NCBI RefSeq assembly: GCF_006345805.1
Contig: NC_043021.1
Span: 13,392,001 to 13,456,000, forward strand
Direction: 5' to 3'
DNA: 64,000 nt
Origin: Octopus sinensis
Lineage: Eukaryota
Below are positions 38,900 through 51,297 of the stretch, in pieces. A program made the position numbers and the translations under genes. How positions within the stretch are numbered: position 1 is the stretch's first letter; each line of letters opens with the position of its first letter. The notes under the pieces were generated by a model. That model was given only the letters and a program-made list of their open reading frames with translations, was not told the origin of the DNA and made no database searches.

Positions 38900-39969
38900 C
38901 TTTTGCAAAATACACAAACAATTTACACTACCTGAAATATTTAGGAAATAAAAAAACTGTTTAAAATAGTTTTGCAGTTTGTACTCTCTGCTGTCACCAC
39001 CACCACCACCACCACAACTACCACCACAGCCACCACCACCACCATCATCAAAATAACTATTACTGCCACAGCTACCACCACGACATACACCACAACTGTC
39101 AACACTACCACCACCACCACTACCACTACCACAAATACCAACACCAACATCACCACCACAATTATCAATATTAACATCACCACCACAGCCACCACCACTA
39201 AAACTACCAACCCCACCACCGTCACTGCCAAAACCAGCACCGCCACCCCAATACAAGTGACTCACTCACAACTTCTTTCCTTATGAAAGCGGAAATAAAA
39301 GTAAAAAAATTTGGTCCCTCACTCCCTCCTCGTCCCCTCTCAATACAAAAAGCCCCCACCACCACCACCACCTCCAAGAAAACACCATTTTATCTCAATC
39401 CAATGTTGTAAGAGTTTGTTCTTGTTGCTGTTGCCGTTCTTGTAGCTGTTGTTGCTACTGTTTGTCTAGTAGTTGTTGATTTTAGTCGTCTTACACAGAA
39501 TTTAAAGAGTGAATTGGAGAAAGCCGGACAATCCGGATGATACAAGATATATCTGTTTGATTAACTGATTGATTAACGAAGCAACGAGGGAGTTGGGACA
39601 TGTCAAATCTCTCTCGAATATTACTCTAATGTCTTAAATGGAAGAACACATTCAATAGTGTAATCCTAGATACATGATGTCAGCAGGAGTATGGAGGATG
39701 CAGGGGTGAATGGCAAGATGTCTGTAGGCAGAGCATCTTTGGTCATAGGTTTGCTCGCTCTATGCTGGTTTCTGGTTAAGAGGTGGAGGAATGCTGATGT
39801 GGTTAAGAAGTTGGCTTCCCAATCATGTGGTTCTGAGTTCAGTCCCACAGTACAGCATCGTTTAACTTGGGCCAACAAATACCATGTCAGCACTTTATAG
39901 GTGTGAAACCAATGGTCACTCTCTGACCAGCCATAACAGACAAACTCCTGAATATATGTATATATATAT
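37075..39969. repeat. Near-perfect tandem duplication of a ~1.44-kb unit
   Basis: ~37075-38520 is repeated at ~38520-39969. The differences I can see are microsatellite-region changes and a 1-bp indel. The junction lies in (TA)n. Confidence 0.95.
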
Positions 39970-40139
39970 CATCATCATCATCCTTTAATGTCTATTTCCC
40001 CTGCTGCTATGGGTTGGATGGTTTGACCAGAGCTAGCAAGCCAGAGAGCTGTACCAGGTTCCAGTCTGATTTGGCTTGGTTTCTATAGTTGGATGTCCTT
40101 CCTAACGCCAACCACACACAGATGTATGTATGTATGTAT

Positions 40140-40156
<17 letters not shown>

Positions 40157-40196
<40 letters not shown>

Positions 40197-40772
40197 CAAG
40201 AAGTTAAATAGACACCTTTAATTTTCAAAATTTCTGATCTAACATATTAAATATGTTTTCAGTGGTGTAGAATTTACAATGTAATTATTCCTTTTCATTC
40301 CAGGTGCCATTATATCAAACATTTGCGAAGAGTAACCATGCCACGCACAAAAAAATTCAGCTCAACTGTCAGATTTTCAAAAAGGTTGTATTGTTGGGCA
40401 AAACTTGCTGAAAATCTTCAAATTCCAGTGAAAAATTGCCGAAAATCTTCAAATTCCTCTTGCTACTGTTAATAGAATTATAGTGCAATTCAATAGCCAA
40501 GGAAAAGAATCAACAGATTCTTGTCCTGGCTGACTTGGGCCCTCAGAAAAGAAGCTTCACTGTTTGAAGAGAATTGTGGAAAAAGAACCCCATTCAAAGG
40601 CTTCTGACATTGCAAAACAGCTAGAAGTTAGTCCAAGAATGTGTGCTACATATCTGCATAAGCTTGGGTATTATGGACAAGCAGCTAGAAGAAAACCTCT
40701 CCTTCAACCAATTAATATCAAATAAAAGATTTTGAAAATTAAATGTGTCTATTTACTTCCTGCATATGTGTG
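40157..40772 (+). mobile_element. Internally deleted Tc1-like transposon
   Basis: ~40-bp TIRs (CA)nTGCAAGAAGTTAAATAGACACCTTTAATTTTCAAAA / TTTTGAAAATTAAATGTGTCTATTTACTTCCTGCATATGTGTG, flanked by TA. Confidence 0.85.
40338..40725 (+). pseudogene. Tc1 transposase N-terminal DNA-binding (HTH) remnant
   Basis: [38 protein letters not shown]...LEVSPRMCATYLHKLGYYGQAARRKPLLQ, with frameshifts and a stop. The DDE domain is absent. Confidence 0.85.
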
Positions 40773-40822
40773 TACATGTATGTATATTACATACATATTC
40801 CATACTACATAAATGTGTGTAA

Positions 40823-40857
<35 letters not shown>

Positions 40858-41378
40858 AAGACTGGAAAAATTTGTTATATTTCTAATTCCATGTTACCCA
40901 TGTTTTATTACAGGATAGGAGTTTCAAAGGATAGGAGATTCTAAACAATATTTTCTCTACATGTAGACTTTTGTAACTCCTATCTTATAATGAAACACAT
41001 GTCACATAGAATTTTCAAAAAATACCAAATTCTTCCAGTTTTTATGTTTTCATATCTAATTACTCTGCAAACAGACTTCCCAAGAAATTTCAAATGTTAT
41101 GTATATCTTGTGTACAATTTAGCATTAACATACATACATTGGATTAATATGAATAAGCAGATGTGTTTCATGAGGGACACTGCTTGGATTGTTAAAAAAA
41201 AAAATAATAATAAATATAAATATAAATTAATAATTTTAAATTTAAATAATCTAAATTTTTTATATTTTATATATTTTGTAAATTATATCAATTATTTTTA
41301 TTTTTATGTTTTGGTTTATGTTTTTCACTGTTTGATTAGCCTAATAGTGGTTTTATCTCTAATTTTATTTATATATAT

Positions 41379-41441
<63 letters not shown>

Positions 41442-41989
41442 ACACATGCATATATATGTATCATCATCATCATCTTCACTGTTTAACATTTGCTTTCCAT
41501 GCTGGCATGGGTTAGATAGTTTGACCGGAACTGGTAAGCCGGAGAGCTGTATCAGGTCCCAGTCTGATTGGCATGGTTTCTACAGCTGTATGCCCTTCCT
41601 ACACAAACACATACGCATGCACGCATGTGGGTTTGTGTGCATGTACATATACATCTATATACATATACATCTATATATATATATATAGAAACACATACAT
41701 TCATATATATCATCATGAGAGTCATCATTCAATGTTGGTTTTCCATTCTGGAATGGATTGGATGTTTCGACAAGTCCGAACGCTGCACCAAGCCCTGCTA
41801 TCTGCTTTGGTATGATTTCAATGGCCGGATGCCCTTCCTTCCTAACACTAACCACTTTATAGAGTCAACTGGGTGCTTTGTTTTTCATGGCGTTAGCACT
41901 AAAGAGATTTCCAAATAACTCACATGACAAGACCCCTCGACCAGGGTGAGGGGGAGTAGATAGATAGTAGGTATGTGTGTGTGTGTGTG

Positions 41990-42188
41990 TATTTTTGTGT
42001 CTGTGTTTGTCCTCCCACCATCACTTGACAACCAGTGTTGGTGTGTTTACATCCCTGTAACTTAGCAGTTCGGCAAAAGATATGCGTGGCATCTTGGGCA
42101 AGTGTCTTCTGCTATAGCCCCCGGGCTGACCGATGCCTTGTGAGTGGATTTGGTAGACAGAAACTGAAAGAAGCCTGTCGTATATATG

Positions 42189-42219
<31 letters not shown>

Positions 42220-42425
42220 ATGTGTTTGTGTGTCTGTGTTTGTCCCCCTAGCATTACTTGACAACCGATGGTAGTGTGTTTACGTCCCTATCACTTAGCG
42301 GTTCAGCAAAAGAGACTGATAGAATAAGTACTGGGCTTACAAAGAATAAGTCCCAGGGTTAATTTGCTCAACTAAAGGCGGTGCTCCAGCATGGCCGCAG
42401 TCAAGTGACTGAAACAAGTAAAAGA
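41990..42425 (+). mobile_element. Family A SINE composite
   Basis: Tail fragment joined to a 5'-truncated second copy at ~42083. Confidence 0.8.
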
Positions 42426-43253
42426 ATCACAGAACAAAAGAAAGAATACCTAATATCATTTAATTTTAAAAATAAGATTTTTTTAATTGAATTTGAGGTA
42501 GGGTTCATCTGAGTAAAGCAGTAACCAAAGGGGTCCAACAGGTAAAAAAAATCATTGAGAAACACTGATATAAGTGAAACCAAGGATTGAATAAGGTAAC
42601 CTCACTCAAGTACCCTGTCATTTAAAAAAAAAAGTGATACATTGGATAATGTGGCCCTAGATAGACTACAACCAAAAATGAAAGTAAAAACAAATGTATA
42701 TGAAGCAGGATGGTTGGTCATGACTGGACTTAGGACTGATCAACGGCAACAACAACAGCAATATTGATTTATTGATCTCCTCTCGGATTCTTCTTCCCAA
42801 ATTTGACACCAAGTCAAAAAAGAACAATGAACACGCATCTACGAAGGAATGAATCCACATTGGACAATCCATACAAAATACCAATATACGTGGGTGTCTT
42901 AACGACTGCATGTGTCTTTTCTTTTTGTTTTTTATTGATGCAGTTACTGTTACAGCAATGTGCAACCGTCTTTCGGTGCAGTGATTTGGCTACTGCCCCA
43001 ACTACATCCAAAGTTACTTTTTAAAACATTCTGGTCAACATCCAGTTATTGGGCCCTTGTGGCTAATAAAAGAATAAATTATTATTATTATCATAAATTC
43101 TGAGTGTACACCAATGAGAAATAAAAGAAGGGCTCTTACCCTGTTTATCAGACACCCATGGCTTTTGTGGGTTTATCCACAAGGGCCTTAAAGCACCTCC
43201 CCGATTGGGAGTTTTAATTTGTTTAATTTTTTATCATTATTTATATTGTCTAC

Positions 43254-43411
43254 ACAGGAGTGGCTGTGTGGTAAGTAGCTTGCTTACCCACCACATTGTT
43301 CCGGGTTCAGTCCCACTGTGTGGCACCTTGGGCAAGTGTCTTCTACTATAGCCTCAGGCCAACCAAAGCCTTGTGAATGGAATTGGTAGACGGAAACTGA
43401 AAGAAAGCCAT

Positions 43412-43485
<74 letters not shown>

Positions 43486-43905
43486 TGTCCGCCCACCATT
43501 GTTTGACAACCGATGCTGGTGTGTTTACATCCCCGTAACTTAGCAGTTCGGCAAAAAGAGGCGATAGAATAAGTACTAGGCTTACAAGGAATAAGTCCAG
43601 GGGTCGATTTTTTCAACTAAAAGGGCGATGCTCCAGCATGGCCACAGTCAAAATGACAGATAAGTAAAAGAATAAAAGAATTATGATTAAGGCAGTGAGT
43701 GAGCTGGCAGAATCGTTAGCACACCAGGCAAAACGCTTGGTGGCATTTCGTCCATCTGCACTCTCTGAGTTCTAATTCTGCTGAGGTCAGCTTTGCATTT
43801 CATCTCTTTGAGGTTAATAAAATAAGTACCAGTGGAGCACGGGCCTCAATGTAACTGACTTAACCCTCCCCTGAAATTGCTGGCCTTGTGCCAAAATTTG
43901 AAAGC
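43254..43905 (+). mobile_element. Family A SINE (43254-43680) followed by a plus-strand family M SINE (43690-43905)
   Basis: Both motif sets read directly. Confidence 0.85.
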
Positions 43906-45325
43906 AATGTTTCTAGATGATATGATACATGTTGCCCCCTACACAAACAAACAAGTAGGTAAACTGAAGTAATTTGACATTAAGTGGATTTCAGATAGGT
44001 AAGTCAAAGCAAATGTAATGTGTGGTGGCGGTGACAGCGACAACAGAGGCCGAAGAGAGGCTGTGCATGGGAGAATGAAGAAGAGACAATAGACAGGAAA
44101 TGAAAGCTTAGTGGCATTTCATCCATCTTTACGCTCTGCGTTCAAATTCTGCTGAGGTCAACTTCACCTTTCATTCTGCCAGGGTTGATAAAATAAGTAT
44201 CAGTGAAGTACTTGGGTTGATATAATCAACAAACCCCACCCTCCTCAAATTTCAGGACTTATGTTTATAGTAGAAAGAATTATCTATAAAAATAAAAGCA
44301 AAATTCTGTCTGTCTGTCCATCTGGGACCCCTGTGTCTCGGTCTACATTTGCTCAACATAGATATATATTATAACTTTTTGAAATCAGGATGGTCCCAGG
44401 ATGGAAAATCTGCCCTTCATTTGGTTCTTGACCAACCAGACATGTTTTCATGGAAGATTGGAAACAAAGGACGCCACTTGCATGACAGTGACTCTTGTTT
44501 ACAACTATCACATGATGTCTCAAAGAAGGAAACAGCAACACACACACATATATACAATGGGCTTCTTTTGCTTTCTTATTTCTTTATTGCCCACAAGGGG
44601 CTAAACATAGAAGGGACAAACAAGGACAGACAAAAGGATTAAGTCGATTTCATCGACCCCAGTGCGTGTGTGTTTATTGAGCAAAAACACCTAAAGCTCC
44701 ACGAGGCTCCGGTAGGGAGTGGTGGTGACCCCTGTTGTACTCTTTCACTCCAACTTTCTCTCACTCTTTCTTCCTGTTTCTCGTCCCCGACTTCCTACGC
44801 CTGGATGCGCATTCATCCATCCGTCGATGCTCTCGGTGTCAAGGGGTTGACCTGCTTTCTCTTCTGCGGGTCTTATGAATAGCAAAGGACCACGTTTCGG
44901 ACTTCTCCCACTACAGCTGGGAGGAACACCGCTTCGCTCAACAAACAAACAAACAAACAAAACCAGCAACAGCAGCAACATCAGCATCACCATCAGCATC
45001 ACCATCAACAACAACATTATCACCACTGATAATACTACAACCACTACCAATACCATCAGCACCACTACCACTACCACCACTAACATCAGTATCACCACTA
45101 CCAACAACAACAAAACTACATCAACAATGCCATCCCTAAAATATTACTCAATCTGTTAGTAATAGCAGCCAAATCTCCCTCAGATCACACCTTATTAAAG
45201 GACATGTTTGGTCAATGCTGTCTTTGCTACTCCACACAAAGGGAAATGATGGAATGGTCACAGTTGGAATGCCTTTGATAATGTGTTCAATTGTGGCTGA
45301 CCTAGGGCTAAATGACATCAGTGAG

Positions 45326-45678
45326 GGGCGTGGCTGTGTGGAAAGAAGCTTGCTTCCCAACCACATGGCTCCATGTTCAGTCCCATTGTATGGCACCTTG
45401 GGCAAGTGTACTATAGCCTCGGGCCGACCAAAGCCTTGTGAGTGGATTTGGTAGATGGAAACTGAAAGAAGCCTATTGTGTATGGTTACATATATAGTTA
45501 TGTGTGCGAATGTCTTTGTGTCTGTGTTTGTCCCACCACCACCACCACTCAAGAACCGACGTTGGTGTGTTTACATCCCTGTAACTTAGCAGTTTGACAA
45601 AAGAGCCCACTAGAATAATTACTAGGCTTATAAAAGAATAAGTCCTGCGGTGCCCAGTCAACTGACTAAAAGAATAAA
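45326..45678 (+). mobile_element. Family A SINE
   Basis: Head, core and tail, with small deletions. Confidence 0.8.
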
Positions 45679-46614
45679 CCTCTATGGGATCACTTAGTCT
45701 GCTAAAAATAGTAGCTGTAATTCCCCTCTCAAACTACACTTTATCATTCTGAAAAAAGGAAGGACATATTAGATAATGTATGTAGTGCTGGATATATTGT
45801 CTGGGGTGGCCATCGGTGGAGTGTTTTTGATCATAGGTCTGGTTGATGACAGCTGAACACCTATGGCAAGACAAGAACGAGTCAATAAGGAGATTTGATT
45901 TGCTAGAAATGGCAGCCAAATCACACTGGACTGTCTGTGGTTACAAAAACAAACAGAAAAGAAAGAAAAAGATAAGTAAAAAAAAAACAATACAGGATGG
46001 CCATGTATGGAGCGACATCTTGATTGGAGCAAACTTGGGGGTTAAATAACAATAACAATTCACAACCATGCAGTACAGGGAAAGAAAGAAAGGACAAAGA
46101 GAAAGAAAAAGAAAGGAAGAGAAAGAGGAGAAAAGAAAGATCAAAAAGAATGAGGGTAAGAAAAGAGAAAAAGGAAGAAAGAATGAAAGGAAGAAAGAAT
46201 GAAAGAAAGAAAAAGAAAGAATAGAAAATGAGAGAAAAGAAAGTGAAAATGGAAAAGAAAGAAAGACAAAGAATGATGATGATGATGATTTTGGCACAAG
46301 GCCAAGAATTTCAGGTGAGGGAAACAGAAGATTATATCGACCCCGGTCCTCGACTGGTGCTTATGTTATCGACCCCGAATGGATGAAAGGCTAAGCCGAC
46401 CTCGGCAGAATTCGAACTCAAGAACGTAAGAACGGACAAAATGCCGCTAAGCATTTTGCCCGGCAGTGCTAACAATTCTGCCAGCTCGCCACCTTAAGTA
46501 TAATAAATAAGAGCAACAATGGTTTCAAACGTTGGCAATAAGGCCTGCAATTTCGGGGTAGCTGGTTAAGTCGGATACGTCGACCCCCGGGTGTTCAACG
46601 GGTACTCATTGTAT

Positions 46615-46665
46615 AGAAGAAGAAGAGAAGAAGAAGAAGAAGAAGAAGAAGAAGAAGAAGAAGGA

Positions 46666-46696
<31 letters not shown>

Positions 46697-46830
46697 GAGG
46701 AGGAGAAGAAGAAGAAGAAGAAGAAGAAGAAGGAGAAGAAGAAGAAGAAGAAGAAGAAGAAGGTGAAGAAGAAGAAGAGGAAGAAGGAGAAGGAGAAGAA
46801 GAAGAAGAAGAAGAAGAAAAAGAAGAAGAA
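46615..46830. repeat. (GAA)n polypurine tract, ~215 bp
   Basis: Interrupted GAA/GGA triplets starting ~20 nt into the putative first intron. Confidence 0.95.
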
Positions 46831-46852
46831 TGAGGAAAGATATTTCACTTAC

Positions 46853-47550
46853 CAGATACCCATGTTTTAAGGGTGGGGTTTTTTTCCCTTCTTTCAAAAT
46901 CTAACAACAACAACAACAACAGGGAGAACAAGAACAGGGAGTGTCACAAATACACGTGTGTGTGCAGTAGTAGAAGCAGTGTTGCGGGTGAAGGGTAGAG
47001 ACATGGAGAAAGACATAGAGACTTGCGAGGCCGTCGGGGCGAAAAAAAGGGAGCGATACCGGTGAATAGGGATCCAGCAGACCGGTCAAGGGGCCGCATG
47101 TACTTCTCCATTAACAACAACATCCCTGAACAGCGACGAACAAGGAACAACGGAAGAAGACTTGTGCTTCTTCATTCATTCATTCACTGGCAGACGACGA
47201 CGACAGACAGTCGGCTGTTTTAGCATCGTTCATCTGGCATGGTCTGCTCCACCTTCCCTCTCGCTTTCTCTCTCTGTCTGACTGTCTCTCTCTATCTCTC
47301 TCTCTCTTTCTCTGTGTAATATCAGTCTGTCTAACCGGCGTTAGACCTAACGTCCGGTAAGTCTTTTTGATGATAACAATAACAAGAACAACAATGATTA
47401 AATCGATAAAGATAGGCAGCTGGCACCCTGGCCACGTCCAGTAACCAAAACAAACAGCAGACTTGGACGGAATCCACTTTGTGGCAGCGGCCGGCCCGGT
47501 TACCTCATCGCGTCTGCTTCTTTCTTATTCCCTCACCCCACCTCTCTCTC
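46853..47550 (-). promoter_or_regulatory. CpG-rich promoter / 5'UTR exon region of the minus-strand gene
   Basis: The clearest TE-free CpG-dense island in the window (roughly 35 CpG in ~570 bp by eye). Donor CTG|GTAAGT at 46852, possible internal acceptor at 46901 and second donor GAG|GTAACC at 47503. GA repeats and a DRE-like ATCGATA at 47402. Confidence 0.6.
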
Positions 47551-48146
47551 TCTCTTTCTCTCCCTCTCTTTCTTCCCCCCTCTCTCTGTGTTTCTGACTT
47601 TCTCTAAGCTACTCTTTTTTTTTCTTTCTGTTTCTTTCTCTAAAAGTCTCTATCTCTTCCCTTTGCATGCACACACACACACACACGCACACACACACAC
47701 ACACACACACACCTATATATGAAGCTAACCTCTAACTTTACCTCTCTATCTTTCATTACATCTGGAAAATATTCTTTATGCAACAATGTAGGTGTGTATA
47801 CATACATACATACATACACACATACACACATACGTACACACAAACACGCCTACATGCTACATATGCATAATATATATGCATATATATGTACACAAACGTA
47901 TGTGTAAGTGTTTGTGTGTGTGTGTGTGTGTACATAAATGGGTATATATATATATATATATATAATATATATATATTATATATATATATATTTGTATACA
48001 TCTGAGAGAGAGAGAGAGAGAGAGACAGAGGAGACAGAGAGAGACAGAGAAAGACAGAAAGGAAGAGAGATGACATTCAACATATAGAGAGAGGAGGAAG
48101 GGATGGAAGGAGGGAGAAAGAAAGAGACAGACAGAAAGAAAGGGTG

Positions 48147-48180
<34 letters not shown>

Positions 48181-48512
48181 TTATACATAAACTCACATGT
48201 CTACTATATATAAATCCAGCCTCATTTGTATACAATCAGGGCTTTCAAGAGAAATTTAGCAAGGTGTGGAACGAAACAGTTTTTAAGCATTAATGGAAAG
48301 TGGGGAACGCATCCTCGCAAAATACTGGAGGCAGGGGGGCTATAAGTTTGTTTTTTTTCTCAAGGAAGAGCCCTACCAAGAGTAGTAAACCCTGAACTGA
48401 TATACCAGTTGGAAGCCCCTCTTACAGGCCCTAAATGCATATGTATACACACTTAAATGCAAGGATACTCATGCAGATGTTTACTTGTAGACAGATACCC
48501 CCACCCCCATAT

Positions 48513-48544
<32 letters not shown>

Positions 48545-48547
<3 letters not shown>

Positions 48548-49074
48548 GGTGCATGGTTCAGTGGTTAGAGCGTCAGGATCACAATCATGAGGTAGTGAGT
48601 TTGTTCCCGGACCAGGCTGTGCTGTGTTCCTCGAGCAGGACCTTTTATTTCGCGTTGCTCCAGTTCACTCAGCTGTAGAAATGAGTTGCAGCATCACTGG
48701 TGCCAAGCTGTATCGGGGCCCCTTTGCCTTTCTCTTGGCATGGAGATGGGAGGCTGGTATACATGGGTGATTACTGGTCTTCCATAAACAGCCTTGCCCA
48801 GATTTGTGCCTCAGAGAGGAACTTTCTAGGTACAATGCCATGGTCATTCATGACCGAAAGGAGTCTTTACTCTGATTGATTGATATATATATATATATAT
48901 ACATATATATCTGTGCAGGTGTAGCTGTGTGGTAAGAAGCTTGCTTCCCAACTGCATGGTTCTAGGTTCAGCCCCACTGCCTAGCACCTAGGGCAAGTGT
49001 TTTCTAATATAGCCCCAGACCGACCAAAGCCTCATGAGTGTATCCGGTGGATTGAAACTGAAAGAAGCTTGTCG

Positions 49075-49105
<31 letters not shown>

Positions 49106-49345
49106 AGGTATATCTCTGTGTGTGTGTGTGTGTGTTTCAGTCCTCCCACCACCACCACCTGACAACCAATGTTGGTGTGCTTGCATCTCTATAACTTACC
49201 AGTTTGACAAAAGAGATTGATAGAATAAGTACTAAGTTTTAAAAAGGAAGTATTGGGATCAATTCGTTCAACTAAAAATTCAAGGTGGTGCCCCAGCATG
49301 GCCACAGTCTAATGGCTGAAACAAGTAAAAGATAAATATAAAAGA
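48545..49345 (+). mobile_element. Family B SINE (48545-48872) and family A SINE (48913-49345)
   Basis: Heads with A and B boxes plus family-specific bodies. Confidence 0.8.
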
Positions 49346-50004
49346 AACATATGTATGTATGTATGTATGTATTTATGTGTGTCTTTATATCTGTGCTTGT
49401 CACACCACCACTTCACAGCCGGTGTTTGTTTATGTCCCTCTCACACAGCAGTTCAGCAAACGGAACCAACAGGACAAGTACCAGAGTTTAAAATAAATAC
49501 TGGGTTCGTTTTCGTTTGATTAATCCCTTCAAAGCAGTGCTCCAGCATGGCCAAAGCCCAATGACTGAAACAAGTAAAATAGATGACAAAAGATCTCCCC
49601 TCTGTTTTTTTGTGCCTTTTGATGTTTCACAGATATTTCAGTTGCTTAACAAGAGTAGCATTATTTATGATCTTGTTGGCAATTTTGTTATTTTACGGCT
49701 GGATGACCTTTACTATGACTAATCACTCGACTGAGAAGTAGGTTGCATAAGAGAGTGGGCCTTAAGTTTTTCTTCTGACTGAGCAGTTTTGCTATGGATC
49801 AAGTAAGAAATTTTAAGATACATGAAAAGTAAAAAAAATTACTGAAATACTTTTGAATGGAAAATAAATTTTTAAAAAATATAAAAAATCGCTGACACAT
49901 TTCACATGGAATGTTGAAAAATACAAACAAACAAACCATTTTGAGGTTAAAAATTTAAAGAAAATATAAAAGAAAAAAACTGCAATTTGATTTGTCCTGG
50001 TAAT

Positions 50005-50898
50005 AATAATAATAATAATGGTTTCAAATTTTTGCCACAAGGGCAGCTTGGGGGAGGATATTAAATCGATTACATTGACCCCAGTGTTTCACTGGTACTT
50101 AATTTATCGACAATGAAAGGATGAAAGGCAAAGTCAACCTCAGCGGAATTTGAACTCAGAATGTAGTCATCATCATCATCATCATCGTCGTTTAGCGTCT
50201 GCTTTCCATGCTAGCATGGGTTGGACGGTTCAACTGGGGTCTGGGAAGCCAGAAGGCTGCACCAGGCCCAGTCTGGTCTGGCAATGTTTCTACAGCTGGA
50301 TGCCCTTCCTAATGCCAACCACTCCGTGAGTGTAGTTGGGTGCTTTTTACGTGCCACCGGCACAGGTGCCAGACGAGGTCACATGAAATACGGTTCAGCA
50401 TTTCGCCCGCGTGCTAACGATTCTGCCAGCTAGCCACCTTAATAATATAATAATAATAATGGTTTCAAATTTTTGCCACAAGGGCAGCTTGGGGGAGGAT
50501 ATTAAATCGATTACATTGACCCCAGTGTTTCACTGGTACTTATTTATCGACAATGAAAGGATGAAAGGCAAAGTCAACCTCAGCGGAATTTGAACTCAGA
50601 ATGTAGTCATCATCATCATCATCATCGTCGTTTAGCGTCTGCTTTCCATGCTAGCATGGGTTGGACGGTTCAACTGGGGTCTGGGAAGCCAGAAGGCTGC
50701 ACCAGGCCCAGTCTGGTCTGGCAATGTTTCTACAGCTGGATGCCCTTCCTAATGCCAACCACTCCGTGAGTGTAGTGGGTGCTTTTTACGTGCCACCGGC
50801 ACAGGTGCCAGACGAGGTCACATGAAATACGGTTCAGCATTTCGCCCGGCGTGCTAACGATTCTGCCAGCTAGCCACCTTAATAATAATAATAATAAT
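50005..50898. repeat. Tandem duplication of a ~440-bp composite (family M SINE interrupted by an RTE tail)
   Basis: ~50005-50440 is repeated at ~50445-50880. Units are bounded by (TAA)n and differ by 1-bp indels. Confidence 0.9.
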
Positions 50899-50904
50899 AA
50901 AGGA

Positions 50905-51297
50905 ATAATAAGGAAAGAAAACAAACTATGCTGGCTCATATATATAGCATGCCCAGCTGACAACAAGGTATGCGATAAGGAAGAAAGAAAAGGCGAGAGA
51001 TATGACAGGTTAGCTTGGGAAGTTAGCTAGTTGTGGTCAATGAAAAAGGTAGCAGTTGTACCAATAATTGCCGGAGCCCTGGGAACAGTGAGCAAAAATC
51101 TCAAGAAGTACATGGAACAAATAGGAGCTGCAACAAGGGTGGAGTACTTGCAGAAAACAGCACTGCTTGGAACTGCTCGAATACTCCTGAAGGTGCTCGA
51201 AAAATAAGGGGTGTTACCTTAGTTTACTGGTAGTGAACAGTTGACACCGTAGTACACCTCCAGTGTTAGAAGCTGTGCAAAGGCAATAATAATAATG
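50905..51297 (+). pseudogene. R4/Dong-clade LINE C-terminus plus 3' UTR, inserted in (TAA)n
   Basis: CWLIYIACPADNKVCDKEERK/ERYDRLAWEV/LWSMKKVAVVPIIAGALGTVSKNLKKYMEQIG...LQKTALLGTARILLKVLEK*. TAA repeats on both sides. Confidence 0.85.

Noticed and set aside
40990-41688. 232-aa ORF
   Set aside because: AT-rich low complexity running through (TA)n into an RTE tail.
42666-43024. Overlapping 65-99 aa ORFs in unique sequence
   Set aside because: No recognisable domain and no convincing acceptor/donor pair; more likely non-coding.
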